DNA of 64,000 nt from the NCBI GenBank assembly GCA_018398765.1, contig JAHBMJ010000013.1, positions 1 to 64,000 of the forward strand, read 5' to 3'. The stretch's first letter is position 1, and every line of letters begins with the position of its first letter. Below, one piece after another: positions 62,029-64,000 of the stretch. The translations under genes and the position numbers were made by a program. Origin of the DNA: Chromera velia (lineage: Eukaryota). The notes below the pieces were generated by a model. The model did no database searches. It was not told the DNA's origin and worked only from the letters and a program-made list of their open reading frames with translations.

Positions 62029-63872
62029 AAGAGAGAAAGCAAGGGTATTCATCCAGATCAGGACCAACTGTGAACAGGTTTTCTGAATGAGGGAAAGAGG
62101 AATGAGAATGAACAAATAGGTGCCAGAATGAACTGTCATAGATGCGAGAAGTCTCTTCGGCATGCTGCTCAGTCGTTTCACTCAGCCCTTTTTATTGCTT
62201 CATTCCCTCCCTCCCTCCCTCCCTCCCTGCAAGCAGGTGTCCCCCCTTCTCGACGGCTCTGCGCGTTCCACACTGCGGTACAGGACGACATTCCACAGCG
62301 AGACCTGCAAGGGATACTCAGGTCAGTGCAGACGCAGATCGTCGCGTCGGTTCTCTCTCTGCTTCTTTGTTTCTTGTACACATGTATGTGTTCGATTGTG
62401 AGACAGAGGATATGTTTCCAGTCCATGTGTGGAGGGAAATCAACACCGTTTTGTCCCCTTGATTCTCTCCCGTCGCTGTCTGTTGTCCCCCGTGTGAATC
62501 ATCTATGCTCCTTCGTTACTCTCTTTTCTCTCTCTCGTTTCTGCCACCCACGTCCACGAGAGGGCAATCAACTCTCAACAGCCATCCAAGGACAGGTCCC
62601 CGCCTCTCCCAGATGAAGAAGAGTCTCTGTCGATGCACATGCGAAAATGCAGAAGCCGAGCCCCCCACTGAGGCCCCTGTGTCTCCCATTCCCGAATCCG
62701 TGGGGGCAGGCAGTCTCCGTTCTGCGTTGCCTGACCTTGACCTCCACCCTCGTGACCGTCTGACGTCGGTGGGGGGTGCGGGGGATCTGGCGGGGGCGTC
62801 AGGGTTGGACTCTAAATCTGTGGTTTTGTTGGACAAGAAATTGGGTGACTATCTTGACGATATTCAGAGGTGGTACGCTAGTTACAGGGCCACTAGGGAG
62901 GCGATCACTCAGGAGTATGGAGGGAGTTTGAGGCAGTTCTCGACGGGGCACACGGAGTTTGGGCTCCATGTCAGCGATGGAGCGATCACTTTCAGGGAGT
63001 GGCTTCCGAGTGCGTTGGAGGTGTATCTGATTGGAGAGTTTAATGCCTGGGACAGAACTAGACACCCCCTCACTCTGAAGGCACCCAAGGGAGCTGCAAC
63101 AAGGAAGGACAAAGACGGAGGAGAGGGGATCTCGTCGGGAATTTGGGAGCTCGAACTGCCCAATTCCGGCTCTCTGCCCGCGATCACCCATGGCACGAAG
63201 TTTAAGATGACAGTGAAGACAGAGGGAGGGGACGTGTTCGACAGAGTACCTGCGTGGACCCGCCTGGCATGGAAGAGCGAGGACTCGAACATCTTCGACG
63301 GGGTGTGCTGGAATCCTCCGGCATCGGTGGGTAGAGACAGGAGGAAAAAGGAAATTAGCTTTACAGGTAGTATGGCAATCTTCGGAGAGGGTGACTGGAA
63401 GTACTTGTTGAATTGAGGAGAAAATAAGGAACCTTGATTTCTTCGGAGTTCCCTCTCTCCGGCGTTTTCCCCCTTCATATCTGCGTGCGTGCATCTGCGT
63501 GAGGACGTTCATCTTTCAAGCACCGTTTCTCTGGCTTTTGTTTCTCTCTTGTTTGCTGAGCTTCTTTGTCCACCACTTCTTCAGGAGACCCCCCTTAAAC
63601 TGGTCTTCCACTTGTGTGTGTGTGTGTCTGTGTGTGTGTGTGTACTTTTCATCTTTTCGCCTCTCTCTTTTTTTTTCACCGCTCAACGGAAAAGCTTCTA
63701 TCTCTGTCTGTCCCCCACCCGCGTCCCCGTATTATCTATCTGGTCGGTCCCCGCTGCCCCTGCAGGAGAGGTACACGATGAGACACCCCCGTCCCCAGAA
63801 GCCCGAAGTCTTGAAGCTCTACGAAGCACACATCGGGACATGTGGGGCAGATGCCAAGGTGTCCACATACAG
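59898..63872 (+). CDS. 1,4-alpha-glucan branching enzyme (CBM48 + GH13), 5' part, with ~300-aa N-terminal extension; continues beyond window
   Basis: In-frame exons 59898-60014, 60110-60370, 60740-60863, 61239-61473, 61888-61945, 62237-62321, 62653-63326, 63766-63872. Motifs FREWLPSALEVYLIGEFNAW, GIWEL, DRVPAW, WNPP, HPRPQKPEVLKLYEAHIG match eukaryotic GBE1/SBE. Confidence 0.93.
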
Positions 63873-64000
63873 GTGGGAAGGAAGAAGACCGACAGCGCCT
63901 TTTTGTCGAGTTCTTTCTCTGTTCTTTCTCTCCGTTGTTCCCTGACAGTTTCTGTCCGACAAAACACCGCGTGCATCCTTGGAAGCGAACTTGTCTGCGA

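Noticed and set aside
1..64000. rRNA, tRNA, telomeric repeats, transposase or reverse-transcriptase ORFs
   Set aside because: None recognised by eye; tRNAscan, Rfam and HMM searches were not run, so small or degenerate ones could be missed.

Overview
Eukaryotic nuclear DNA with GT-AG introns, introns packed with microsatellites (GT, CT, GACA, GAAA), one N gap (12610-12631), and sharp AT-rich intergenic islands between GC-richer genes. The style resembles the chromerid alveolate Chromera velia; this is an inference I cannot prove from the window. Conserved genes spliced or recognised by eye: the 3' part of cohesin loader NIPBL/Scc2 (+, to 8791), an NF-YC/DPB3-type histone-fold protein (-, 38500-35768) head-to-head with MOB4/phocein (+, 39289-43530), a J-domain membrane protein (+, from 45545), and CAF1/POP2 deadenylase (-, 58974-55224) head-to-head with a glucan branching enzyme carrying two ABM-like N-terminal domains (+, from 59898, runs off the window). 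The accessory region ~9-35 kb holds the best candidate for a novel system: an intronless gene with eleven 18-aa CxHx6CxxC zinc-finger repeats, hypervariable at fixed positions, fused to a phage/giant-virus-type HNH nuclease (-, 15275-14118). It also holds two G-patch paralog exons, a locally duplicated decaying family of small secreted-peptide genes with a recurrent structured ~65-nt element, and a Cys-rich secreted ORF with one in-frame TGA. Three non-autonomous DNA transposons with TIRs and 8-bp TSDs are present. Several mismatches between their ends and between duplicates are CpA/TpG versus TpA, hinting at RIP-like mutagenesis. No database searches were run; homologies are from remembered family motifs.
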